A DNA stretch of 24,600 nt, taken from Octopus sinensis. Taxonomy: Eukaryota. Under the pieces are notes generated by a model, which worked only from the letters and a program-made list of their open reading frames with translations, made no database searches and was not told the DNA's origin. The stretch is taken from positions 1-24,600 of the forward strand of contig NW_021836416.1 of assembly GCF_006345805.1 (NCBI RefSeq), given 5' to 3'. The translations under genes and the position numbers were made by a program. Shown here piece after piece: positions 1 through 11,258 of this stretch (position 1 is the first letter of the stretch; the number at the start of each line of letters is the position of its first letter).

Positions 1-177
1 ATCACCCGTCTGTCTTTCGTTTCTTGTACATGTGAACCATATATATATATATATATATGATTATGGACAGAAAGAGTCAGAGACATTAAGAGAGCGGGAT
101 ACAAGTGAAGATAAAATAAATAATGACAATTATTTTTTATCATTATTGTAGTAAATTTGACTTACAACTATTTCTAG

Positions 178-230
178 TAGTCATAATAGGTTTGTCATTG
201 ATAGCTTTACTCTGTCGGATCATTGATCGG
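178..230 (+). CDS. weak candidate exon encoding a hydrophobic, transmembrane-like segment (VIIGLSLIALLCRIIDR)
   Basis: TTGAC branch-like motif and CTATTTCTAG acceptor (176-177), CGG|GTGAGA donor (231), inside ORF 123-317. No homology recognised. Confidence 0.25.
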
Positions 231-919
231 GTGAGAAGAATTGATCGACTTAAAAAGTTAATGCTAATTTCGCCAGAGAAATCATTTCTGGTTAACAATA
301 TAAATTTACTGCAATAAAGAAAATTATGTAATCGCCATTATTTATACCTTGTCTTATATATTCCACTAAGTGTAAAGAAAAAGACAGAATATGCAGAGTA
401 AATGGTAAATGGTTAGACAGAAATATTCGTACTGTATATTAATAGATGTGTCTGTCTCCACCAATCAGTCTATATACTCATCTATCTATCCGGTCCTCAT
501 TTTGTAAGAAGTGGTAAACTGCCATAATGGCCATAATAGGTTCTAGATTAATACCCTCTCTTCTAGAAGCATCAGTCACATAAACCTTCAAAAGCACATC
601 ATTTTCGATCAAAATAACCATGAGTCAAATGTCCGTTCGATAACATAGACTTTATCGTCGAAAAGCAAAGATGATTATGTCTGGAATGTCTTCGATCATA
701 ATACTTCTCAATCACGCCTTGCTTGGATACAATGACACCAACGACAACATGAATATGTATAAGATTTGACAACAGTGCACTCCACATGAATCGGTCGTTC
801 CTAGTTTCATAAAAAGAAGAAGAAAAAAATAGCAGAGTCGTCATTCTGATCGGCAAACAATTTAAATAATTGAAGTAGATATCGCTTGACTCATCGGCAA
901 AAATCGATCGTAAATGAGA

Positions 920-1015
920 TCAATAATAAATAAATAAGTAGATAGATGAATAAATAAATAAATAAATAAATGGAAATCAGTGAAAATAAGTAAAATGAAT
1001 AAATGAATATGTAGA
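920..1015. repeat. (AATA)n-rich simple repeat
   Basis: Direct reading of the sequence. Confidence 0.85.
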
Positions 1016-1154
1016 AATAATGGTAATAGTTTCGCTGCTGCCTAACTCAATCTATTTCATAGAGAGTTATTCAGTGCTTGAAAGAGTTTCATGCCATTAA
1101 CTTCGAAATGTATTCTTTGATTAGATTTGGTTCCGGCAAAATAATGTGTCCACT

Positions 1155-1448
1155 GTGTGTTGTGTGTGTTGTGTATGTTAATATAATATATATATATATA
1201 TATATATACATATATATATTATATATATATATATATACACATACCTACACATACATATATGCGTGTATGTGCGTATATGTATGTGTGTGTGCATGTATAT
1301 ATATATAATATACATACATACACATACATACATATATCTATACCTAAACATATATGCGTGTATGTGCGTTATGTATGCATGTATATATATATATGATAAA
1401 AAATGTACACACGTATACATACATATACATGTCTATATATATAAAATA

Positions 1449-1482
<34 letters not shown>

Positions 1483-1745
1483 CTTAAATATACACACACG
1501 TACATATAATTGTGTATCTATAAAGTATATATATATATATAATATATATATATATGTATGTATAAGTATATTTATTTATATAAACGTATATATACATGTA
1601 CATATATACATTATATATATGTATGTACAAATACATACATATATATATGTGTGTGTATAAGTTACCCATATTCATGTACGTATATTTTGACATAGGTGAC
1701 CCTAATATTATATCAGTGTATATGTACATTTGTATGTATATATGT
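1155..1745. repeat. compound (TA)n/(TG)n/(CA)n low-complexity tract
   Basis: Direct reading; explains the ORFs in 1078-1729. Confidence 0.95.
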
Positions 1746-2283
1746 AAATAGGTACACAGCTGGATAGGTAGATAGAAATGTTTGTATATAGGAAAGTAGG
1801 TTCGTAGGTAAAGCTGTAGGTAAGTAAGTAGGGAGAGATTGAGAGTGGTTAACAGGTATGGATGTGAGTAAGTTAGAAAGAAATTGATTTGAAAAGACTA
1901 AACGCATGCAGAAAACAGAAGCGAAGGTAGAATAAAAGGGAAAAAGAGAGAAGCGGAAATTCATCAGTGAAGTTGAGAGGGAAGAAAACAGACGCAAAAA
2001 TTTAAAATCGTAATTGGGACAGTTCCAATACGCGTATTAGCAGAAAGAGAGTACATAATACATCCTCGTAAGCATAAAAGAAAAGAAGTGCGCTCAAAAA
2101 ATATGCATAATTACACAAAGGCGCAGGATTGGCTGTGTGTAAGTAGCTTGCTAACCAACCACATGGTTCCGGGTTCAGTCCCACTGCGTGGCACCTTGGG
2201 CAAGTGTCTTCTGCTATAGCCCCCGGCCGACCAAAGCCTTGTGAGTGGATTTGGTAGACGGAAACTGAAAGAAGCCTGTCGTA

Positions 2284-2330
<47 letters not shown>

Positions 2331-2389
2331 GACAGGCTTCTTTCAGTTTCCGTCTACCAAATCCACTCACAAGACATTGGTCGGCCCGA

Positions 2390-2590
2390 TTCGCTAGCTT
2401 CTGCACGCATTTTTTCTCTCCTGTTTTCTCTCTCCTGTTTTTTTCTGTGTATCTTTCTGTTGAAGAGCGTAGGCTCGAAACGTAAAAGACTTGTTTCATT
2501 TATATATTCCTGAGCGCCATACTAATACAATTGTTTTTTTGTATTCCACCTGCCTTCGTCTTTTGTTTCTTTTCATAAAGCTTCCCGTTA
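2390..2590 (+). mobile_element. ~200-bp non-autonomous repeat carrying a hammerhead-like motif (putative Penelope-like terminal repeat relic), copy 1
   Basis: Aligns in reverse complement with 19165-19350; shared GAAGAGCGTAGGCTCGAAACGTAAAA, TTCCTGAGCG, TACTAATACA, CCACCTG, CTTCGTCTTTTGTTT. Ends in (TA)n. Confidence 0.7.
2452..2489 (+). ncRNA. minimal type-I hammerhead ribozyme-like motif (A6U core variant)
   Basis: UCUUU | CUGUUGA | A | GAGC-GUAG-GCUC | GAA | ACGU | A | AAAGA. This gives a 5-bp stem I, a 4-bp stem II, a palindromic ACGU stem III and a GUA cleavage triplet. Confidence 0.55.
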
Positions 2591-3240
2591 TATATATATG
2601 TATATGTGTGTATATGTTTGTGTGTCTGTGTTTGTCCCCCTAGCATTGCTTGATAACCGATGCTGGTGTGTTTACGTCCCCGTTACTTAGCGGTTGGGCA
2701 AAAAAGATCGATAGAATAAGTACTGGGCCTACAAAGAATAAGTCCCGGGGTCGATTTGCTCGACTAAAGGCGGTGCTCCAGCATGGCCGCAGTCAAATGA
2801 CTGAAACAAGTAAAAGAGTAAAGAGTATACATACACGCGGGCGCACTTGTCAAAAAAATATTATTCCTTGCATTATATATTTATCATTAAAATGTTGATA
2901 AGTCGCAAGGGTTTAATACGCACAGAGGGACTTATGTTGTGGATCAGACCCCGGGGATTAGAGAATGCTTGACCACGTTCGACGTGAAAAGTGGATCACA
3001 ATTTTATCTGTTAAATTACATTCCTTTTGGTTGTGCTGGATAACACGATGAAAGCAGTTGGTAATTGTTGCATTTAACGAGACGATTTTAGAAACTGATG
3101 TTGAAGTGGAAGCAACGCTTTTCAGTAAATGAGAATTATGTCGCAAGAAGCTTACCACACATACATACACACATTGATAGATATGAGAGATTGTGAGAGA
3201 GAACGAGCAAAGTAGGGAGAAAACTGCACAATATATTTAA

Positions 3241-3562
3241 CAAGACAGGCACTCCTTTAGTGATAACGATCAGTGTTCCAGCTGAACCGACCAATAGAAC
3301 CGCGTTCTCATGAAATTAACGTTTAAGAGGCCGAGCACTCCACAGACACCTTTACCCTTAACATATTTCTCAAGGAGAATTGCCGTGGCACAGAATGTGA
3401 TACGGTTAGCCCTGTGTTTTACTGGTCGTTTTTTGCCAGCTGAATGGACAGGAGTTACGTGAAATGACGCGTCTTGTTCAGAGAAACAATCACCACCAGG
3501 AATCGAACTGACAACCTTATGACTGTGAGCCGAAACCCCTAACCATTAAGCCACGCTCCTTC
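3241..3562 (-). mobile_element. tRNA-derived SINE family B
   Basis: Minus strand begins GAAGGAGCGTGGCTTAATGGTTAGGGG...GGTTGTCAGTTCGATTCC (A and B boxes). The body is similar to 12097-12390. Confidence 0.8.
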
Positions 3563-4092
3563 AATATTTAAGAAGACGCTATTCACTTAAGCACGAAAAT
3601 ATCTTCACTAATAATCTGGGAAGAGCAATTATCCTCATAGGGGCGTAGGGTAAGAATGACGTCATCGAGATGTAGGACCGTTCTTATATGGAAACAGACG
3701 AAATGGAAGATATCTTTCCGCTTCACTGCTCAGGAAGTTAAATTCAGATACTCACAGCTGTGTTTTAATCAGTGTTGATTTGGGTGCCGATAATTAATTA
3801 ATGAATTCTAAACTGACAAAATTTAGCATGCGCTTGCATAGTTATACTTTGCTGTTTGCGTATTAAAACGGCAGTTAATAGGTTATTAATGAGTGATTTG
3901 ATTCCAGTAGCTGAAGAACTCCAAGGACAGAGAAACAATTATTTTACATACAGACAAGAAAGTTTATCTTATAGCACACTTCGATGTGTTTTTGTATAAC
4001 TTCTCTCTAAGGACATTTCCATTTCCGAGACAGTACAACAAAGATCTCTCTATGTTTGGGTGAACATGAACTCGTTAAATATAAACGTACAC

Positions 4093-4329
4093 CCTTTTAC
4101 TCTTTTACTTGTTTCAGTCAATTGACTGCGGCTATACTAGAGCACCGCCTTTAGTCGAGCAACTCGACGACGGGACTTATTCTTTGTAAGCCCAGTACTT
4201 ATTCTATCGGACACTTTGCCGATCCGCTAAGTGACGGCGACATAAACACACCAGCATCGGTTGTCAAGCAATGCTAGGGGGACAAACACAGACACACAAA
4301 CACAGACGCACACACACATATATATACAT

Positions 4330-4371
<42 letters not shown>

Positions 4372-4531
4372 TGCGACGGGCTTCTTTCAGTTTCCGTCTA
4401 CCAAATCCACTCACAAGGCTTTGGTCGGCCCGAGGCTATAGTAGAAGACACTTGCCTAAGGTGCCACGCAGTGGGACTGAATCCAGAACCATGTGGTTGG
4501 TAAGCAAACTACTTACCACACAGCCACTCCT
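4093..4531 (-). mobile_element. SINE family A, full-length
   Basis: Reverse complement of the 22329-22753 copy, with head at 4373-4531, internal (CA)/(TA)n, and tail at 4093-4300. Confidence 0.9.
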
Positions 4532-4764
4532 AGTTATATATTATATATCACCAAGGTTTATTTCATATATTTGCATATGCGCAAGTACATATGCGATCGA
4601 GTATTTTTTCTGATTAAGTTTCCTCTAAGGAATTGTACTTTTTTTGTCACGATAAATGAAAATTTAAAATCACTAAATATATTCATCAATTCATTTAATT
4701 CTTGACGAATGAATTTATTAATTTCTGTTTTATATTGGTTAACGTATCATCGATTTTCTGTACA

Positions 4765-5167
4765 CAGGCGCAGAAGTTGCTGTGTGTGGAAGTAGCTTGC
4801 CTTCCAGCCACAGGGTTCCGGATTCAATCCCACTGCGTCGCACCTTAGGCAAGTGTCTTCTACTATAGCCTCAGACCGACCAACACCTTGTGAGTGGACT
4901 TGGTGGACGGACATTGAAAGACGGTCACATATATATTTATATACATGTGTGTGTGTGTGCCGCGCGAGCACTTGATTGTCCACCTCCATCATATCTTGAC
5001 AACCGATGTTGGCGTGTCTCTATGCCCCTGCAACTTAGTGGTTCGGAGAAAGAGAGCGACAGAATAAGTACTAGGATTACAAGGAATAAGTCCATGTAAG
5101 ATCTGCTCCACTAAAGGCGGTGCTCCAGCATGGCCGCAGTCAAAATGACTGAAACAGATAAACGAAT
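4765..5167 (+). mobile_element. SINE family A, diverged full-length
   Basis: CAGGCGCAGAAGTTGCTGTGTGTGG head through CTCCAGCATGGCCGCAGTCAAAATGACTGAAAC tail. Confidence 0.85.
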
Positions 5168-5257
5168 GATACTCTATATCATATATACATGTGTGTCTGT
5201 CTGTGCGTCTCTGAGCTTGCGCGCGCGTGGACTGGTTTGTTTGTTTTGTTTTGTTTT

Positions 5258-5614
5258 GCTTGTTTCAGTCATTTGACTGCGGCCATGCTGGAGCACCACC
5301 TTTAATCGAGCAACTCGACCCCGGGACTTACTCTTTGTAAGCCCAGTACAAAGAACCGCTAAGTGACGAGGACATAAACACACCAGCATTGGTTGTCAAG
5401 CAATGCTAGGGGGACAAACACAGACACACAAACACACACACATACCCATATATATATATATATATACATATATACGACGGGCTTCTTTCAGTTTCCGTCT
5501 ACCAAATCCACTCACAAGGCATTGGTCGGCCCGGGGCTATAGCAGAAGACACTTCAGTGGGACTGAACCCGGAAGGATGTGGTTGGTAAGCAAGCTACTT
5601 GCCACACAGCCACT
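5258..5614 (-). mobile_element. SINE family A with internal deletions
   Basis: CTTGTTTCAGTCATTTGACTGCGGCC...GCCACACAGCCACT is the reverse complement of family A, missing two internal segments. Confidence 0.85.
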
Positions 5615-5939
5615 GTATACATAAATGTATCGAATCACTTGCTCAGTCATAAACTTCACCACATTTTATAGATTCATCTCGTTTTCATACTTTCCTATTT
5701 GATTTCTGCACTCATCCTTCCGTTCTGCTTTATTCTTTCATGTTACCTTTCGGACATTTAACGCTCGTATTTATTCAAATAGGCTACACAAGTCTTAAAA
5801 TCATTTAGAAGAGTCGTGATATACGTTTTAATAAATGCATCATATACAATTCGTTTGTTCGTCATTCCATGAATAACAGAATAACCAGAAAAAACAACAC
5901 AAGTATGTTAAGTACGCAAGCCAGCATGCAGGCATACGG

Positions 5940-6755
<816 letters not shown>

Positions 6756-7574
6756 GCAATTAAAGAAACAGATCGATCAAAAACAGATTGAGATAAATAT
6801 ATATATAGTGAAACAAAAATAGGGTGTACGAAAATATCTTAATTGCTACAAAGTATGCCGTTTTGGCAGAATATGTAAACATGGAGGTGTTGCTAGCGCT
6901 GCAAGCGGTCCGTTTAAATATATCGCCTCAAGGCAGAGCCGTTTTACGATACGTAAGACATGCTGGCAGCATTTCTTTTTTCGTCACACAGCGTAGAGAA
7001 TATACCTTTATATATGTGATAAAGTTTGTAGAACATTTGATAAATCATTATATTTACAGTAGAAAGCAGCTCCGATTCAATACAAGAACAGTGACGTATT
7101 TATTTTTTCATTTACATTCATACAGCTTAGCAACGGCTTCTTTTTCACTCGGCTGCTGTTGATTTTTCGTCTAAATTATAGGGCTTACGCTCAGTGAAGA
7201 GGCAATCTTTTCTAAAGATACGTGTGGAAAAGTCAAGTATTGCAAAAAAGGTTAATCTCCATGAAACACTTTTAACGCGAAGCCTTTTATATTTCTTGGT
7301 TGGATATGTTACTGGATTGACTTTTATGTTTAATGTTCTTTCACGAAGTTTCGATTGTTTTCTTCTCTGAAACCATTGTACATTTACAAGCATGACAAGC
7401 ATGCAAGAAGAGTAGCTGTTGAGCTAAGAATTTCACTTGGCAACTCGTCGTTTCTTTGTTCGATCCCATTATGCTGCCTTTTCGCACTTCTACTTTACTA
7501 TATCTTCGTGGAAATGCAAATAATTTTGGTGTAACATGTGTCGTAGAGAGAAGCATATCGTCTGTCTATACATT

Positions 7575-7625
7575 TTGAGTTCAGATTACGCCGAGGTCGA
7601 CTCTGCATTTCATCCCTCCAGGCCT
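7575..7625 (+). mobile_element. SINE family C fragment
   Basis: TTGAGTTCAGATTACGCCGAGGTCGACTCTGCATTTCATCC matches the family C core. Confidence 0.65.
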
Positions 7626-7644
7626 TCTTCTTATTTTAGAAAGG

Positions 7645-7680
<36 letters not shown>

Positions 7681-8136
7681 GAGTGAGAGAGCAGCTCATG
7701 CCATCAAAGTGACACTGGGGTAAAATATACGAAGCCCATATAGCCATCATGACTACCCTCTGATAAGGGTACACCAGGCACTTGCATCACAACCATATGC
7801 GCGACATGGTGATCTCATATCAGATAAACAGCACATGACCTTGCAGGTGGGATCCAGTTAGAATTTTCTTCAGGTTGAGTAGCCCATCCCGCTCAAAACA
7901 TCCCTGAATAAGGGTTGTTTAAGGATGTTGAAAGAACCACCCATGTTTCCAGAGGTGAATTATTCAAACCCCAAAGAATCCCTCTCAACACATGGCTATG
8001 ATGCTTCCCCACTACTTCTGCTCGTGATCAGAGATGCACATATCGTCAGCCACTAAGGGATATGCTCAACTGGTTAAGGTCAAACAACTGACAAGCAAAT
8101 CTGTGTTATTGAGCAAAATATTTGCTGTAGCCCACC
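7681..8136 (-). mobile_element. retroposon family D (3' portion, (AAT)n tail; SINE or LINE 3' end)
   Basis: The minus-strand 3' end CCCCAGTGTCACTTTGATGGCATGAGCTGCTCTCTCACTC(AAT)n matches the plus-strand copy at 15931-16161. Flanked on both sides by (TTA)n. Confidence 0.8.
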
Positions 8137-8169
<33 letters not shown>

Positions 8170-8380
8170 GGCGGCGAGCTGGCAGAATCGTTAGCTTGCA
8201 GGACGAAATGCTTAGCGGCAGTTCGTCTGCCGTTACATTCTGAGTTCAAATTCGCCGAGGTCGACTTTGCCTTTCATCTTTTGCGGTCAAGAAATTAAGT
8301 ACCAGTGAAACACGGAGCACGACGTAATCGAACAAACCCCCCTCCTTCCAAATTTCAGGTCTTGTGCCTATAATAGAAAC
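8170..8380 (+). mobile_element. tRNA-derived SINE family C
   Basis: GGCGGCGAGCTGGCAGAATCGTTAG...TTCTGAGTTCAAATTCGCCGAGGTCGACTTTGCCTTTCATC; homologous to 20838-21040, 23887-24080 and others. The central part resembles the Deu/Nin SINE domain (from recall, unverified). Confidence 0.85.
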
Positions 8381-9254
8381 TCCATTTTTTGGGGGTTCTT
8401 CTTCATGAGCTGCAACCAGTTTCTCAAACACAGTGGTCATAGAATATTAATCTTTCTTTTATTTCCCTCCTGTCACCATTAACCTGAAGAGGGACTTTCT
8501 CGAAAACGTTGGTATTTTCACTACCCATGCCATTTCAGTGTAATAATATATTCACCCTCAAAATACTTTTGTTAACATACAGTATAACACATTTTTCAGT
8601 AGTTTACAGTGAAACGTACAAAATTTCTAAAATTCTTTGTAATGGCTTTTGCAGCACAGAAATGGCTGCCGTTGAACTCTCGTAACAGATCTTATTCTCT
8701 AAATTTAACAAAAGGCTTTGTGCAGAAAACTTGTCATGTCATCGTCTTCAAACAGCATACATACTTAGGAGGTATTTACGAAATTTACACAACGATTTCA
8801 GTAGAAACCGCAGACCATAATTAGTCTACATGGAACCAGTGATTTATGAATTGCACATTTTCCTGCCATAATGGTTGATGCCTTTCAAAACATTACCAAC
8901 CGACATTTTATCATTCTTTCCGTACCAGAGACAACATTTTCTATTATAAACGTATTTTTCATATCAGAGAATATTGTGCAATTTGAAGGATCTTCGAGTG
9001 CTATATCTAGCACGTGAAGAGGTTGTGCATACATTCCGTTGTGCTCTATAATTATTCTTTTCAGAATTATATACATTTATATAACTCACAGTGGAAATAT
9101 TTCAAATCTATAACAATATATTCATTTACCTACGAAACATAATGCAACGAATTTTCTTTCAGTCTAGTTACCTCTCTACAACTTGTAAAAGCTATTTATA
9201 GATGGTCTTTTCAATAGTTTGCACACGCGCAACATCTACACACACATTCTTTCC

Positions 9255-9320
9255 TTGTCTCTCTCTCTCTCTTTCTTTTCTTTCTTTTATCTCTCTTTCT
9301 CTGCCTCTCTCTCCTTCCGC
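9255..9320. repeat. (TC)n-rich tract
   Basis: Direct reading of the sequence. Confidence 0.85.
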
Positions 9321-9474
9321 TCTCTGAATAATGTAAAATATACAAGATATTCATCGTTCGTTTTACTGTGTTGTTATTCTCCTACAGTGACTGTCATTTC
9401 AGAAATATCAAATATTAAAATAAACATGAAGATAATGTATGTCACATAAAGAAAGAAGAAAACGTAAAGACTGA

Positions 9475-9618
9475 AGAGAGAGAGAGAGAGAGAGAGCATG
9501 AGAGAGAGAGAGGCATGAGAGAGAGAGAGAGAAACAGAGAGACGCAGGAACAAAGAGTCAGAGACAAGGAAAAACGTAAGAGATAGACAGAGAGAGAGAG
9601 AGAGAGAGAGGGGGGGAG
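9475..9618. repeat. (GA)n-rich tract
   Basis: Direct reading of the sequence. Confidence 0.9.
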
Positions 9619-9934
9619 AAAAGTAAAAATACAATGTATTTTTGACACTGAAAAAAAAATTTCTAAGCAGCGTATCATTCCATTTGTGTTATCTACTTCC
9701 TTCAGAAAGTCTCATTGTCTTCATATTTGCTTTTATGATAAATTATTCAACCTTGGCCAATCTCTATACAGATTACAAATAATCAAAATAATAATTATGT
9801 ATTTGATTCAGTGAATTAAAAACATCAGATATTGCTATCTGTTTGCCTTTATTATATCTGTGTGCAACGCTCGGGAAACGAACGGTCTTGTTCCCCTATA
9901 TACATCACAGACGACTATTCACACAATATAACAC

Positions 9935-9942
9935 AGTATATA

Positions 9943-9977
<35 letters not shown>

Positions 9978-10004
9978 ATATATGTGTGTGTGTGTGCGTG
10001 TGTG

Positions 10005-10086
<82 letters not shown>

Positions 10087-10206
10087 TGTGGTAATATATA
10101 TGCACATATATACACCAACGCACACATACAAACACTAACACATATGCACACGCTATCAGGCGTATGTATGTATGTATATATATATGTATATATATATATA
10201 TATATA

Positions 10207-10251
<45 letters not shown>

Positions 10252-10263
10252 TGAGTGACTGAC

Positions 10264-10290
<27 letters not shown>
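9935..10290. repeat. (TA)n-(TG)n-(TA)n-(TGAT)n compound microsatellite
   Basis: Direct reading. Long (TG)n at about 10007-10084. Confidence 0.95.
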
Positions 10291-10294
<4 letters not shown>

Positions 10295-10724
10295 GATGCC
10301 AAAATGACCTTAGAATGCCTGCATATATGTACCAATTCCATTATCCTGAACATATATTGATATACTTTTTAGTACTCACGGACACGTGAGTATTCAAATA
10401 CCTTATTTTTTTCAGTCTGCCGTATCACGTGTACAAATCACACATTAGCTGAGTTTTAGTGTTACCAAGTATAATAATGAGTTGAATGAATTACAACGCA
10501 AGCTGTCATGAAATAAAATAAGACCTTTAGAGGACGTGGTACCTTTAAATTATTGATTCAAACACATGTGACGTTTTAAAATTGAAATATACTAAAACTT
10601 CGTGAAACAAATGTATCGATAATGGGCTCCCCATAGTATAAAACTTAATCATTAAACTATAAATATTTATGATGTAAAACTTCATTAACGATTGAAAGTA
10701 TTCTTGCATATTTTTAGTATAACT

Positions 10725-10747
10725 ATGTATGTATGTATGTATGTATG

Positions 10748-10778
<31 letters not shown>

Positions 10779-10848
10779 CTCTGTTTCTCTCTTTGTATAT
10801 ATATATATATATAAACAAAAACCGTGTGTATATATAAAAACATGAACC

Positions 10849-10888
<40 letters not shown>

Positions 10889-10935
10889 AAAAACCGTGTG
10901 TATATATAGATATATAAACATGAACCGGATATATA

Positions 10936-10977
<42 letters not shown>
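10725..10977. repeat. (TATG)n/(TATC)n/(TA)n compound repeat with an internal tandem duplication
   Basis: Direct reading of the sequence. Confidence 0.9.
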
Positions 10978-10979
<2 letters not shown>

Positions 10980-11222
10980 GGTTGCACAGAAATGGATAAA
11001 AAGTAAATTTTTAAAGTGAACATCTCAAAAATATTAGGTACAGACTTCTGACTAATTTTATTTCGTCTTATTTGAGTGTAGGCTGTCTTATATGATTTTA
11101 GACACGCTTACTTCAGTCGTTGAGAATAACGATGACGTGAAACCAAAGATTAAGAAACTTTAAATTCACTTACAGTTCTCCAACACATGCGACGCAAACG
11201 CACTCACTAAACATATGTATAG

Positions 11223-11258
<36 letters not shown>

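Larger units (their letters stand above)
2119..2827 (+). mobile_element. SINE family A (tRNA-like head + internal (TA)n/(TG)n + 3' module ending (TAAAAGAG)n), interrupted by nested insertions
   Basis: Head GGCGCAGGATTGGCTGTGTG...GGTTCCGGGTTCAGTCCC has pol III A/B-box-like motifs (2119-2282). Tail TGTGTTTGTCCCCC...GACTGAAACAAGTAAAAGAGTAAAAGAG spans 2621-2827. Both parts are near-identical to the intact copy at 22329-22753. Confidence 0.85.

Noticed and set aside
1078-1997. Cluster of ORFs rich in YI/CV/HT repeats (likewise 5993-6759, 9219-10353, 17027-17684, 19257-19847, 20111-20341)
   Set aside because: They are translations of (TA)n, (TG)n, (GATA)n and (GA)n microsatellites, which lack stop codons in some frames.
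2002-2898. ORFs sharing peptides such as SGFGRRKLKEACR and LQHGRSQMTETSK (also 4371-5624 and 22238-22797)
   Set aside because: These are read-throughs of SINE family A copies, not a gene family.
3241-3562. tRNA-like A/B boxes here and at 8170, 20838 and 22329
   Set aside because: They are heads of dispersed SINEs; no complete cloverleaf tRNA is present.
7145-7402. Minus ORF with WRLTFFAILDFSTRIF, faintly like the pre-TM4 segment of Cys-loop receptors
   Set aside because: No hydrophobic TM4 follows, there are stops immediately upstream, and no other receptor exons are present in the window.
7860-7905. CCTGAAGA in family D copies (minus strand here, and 15954 on plus) as another hammerhead core
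   Set aside because: It is not followed by a stem II and GAAA.
8034-8440. ORFs 8034-8243 (+) and 8246-8440 (-)
   Set aside because: They are composed of family D, (TTA)n and family C repeat sequence.
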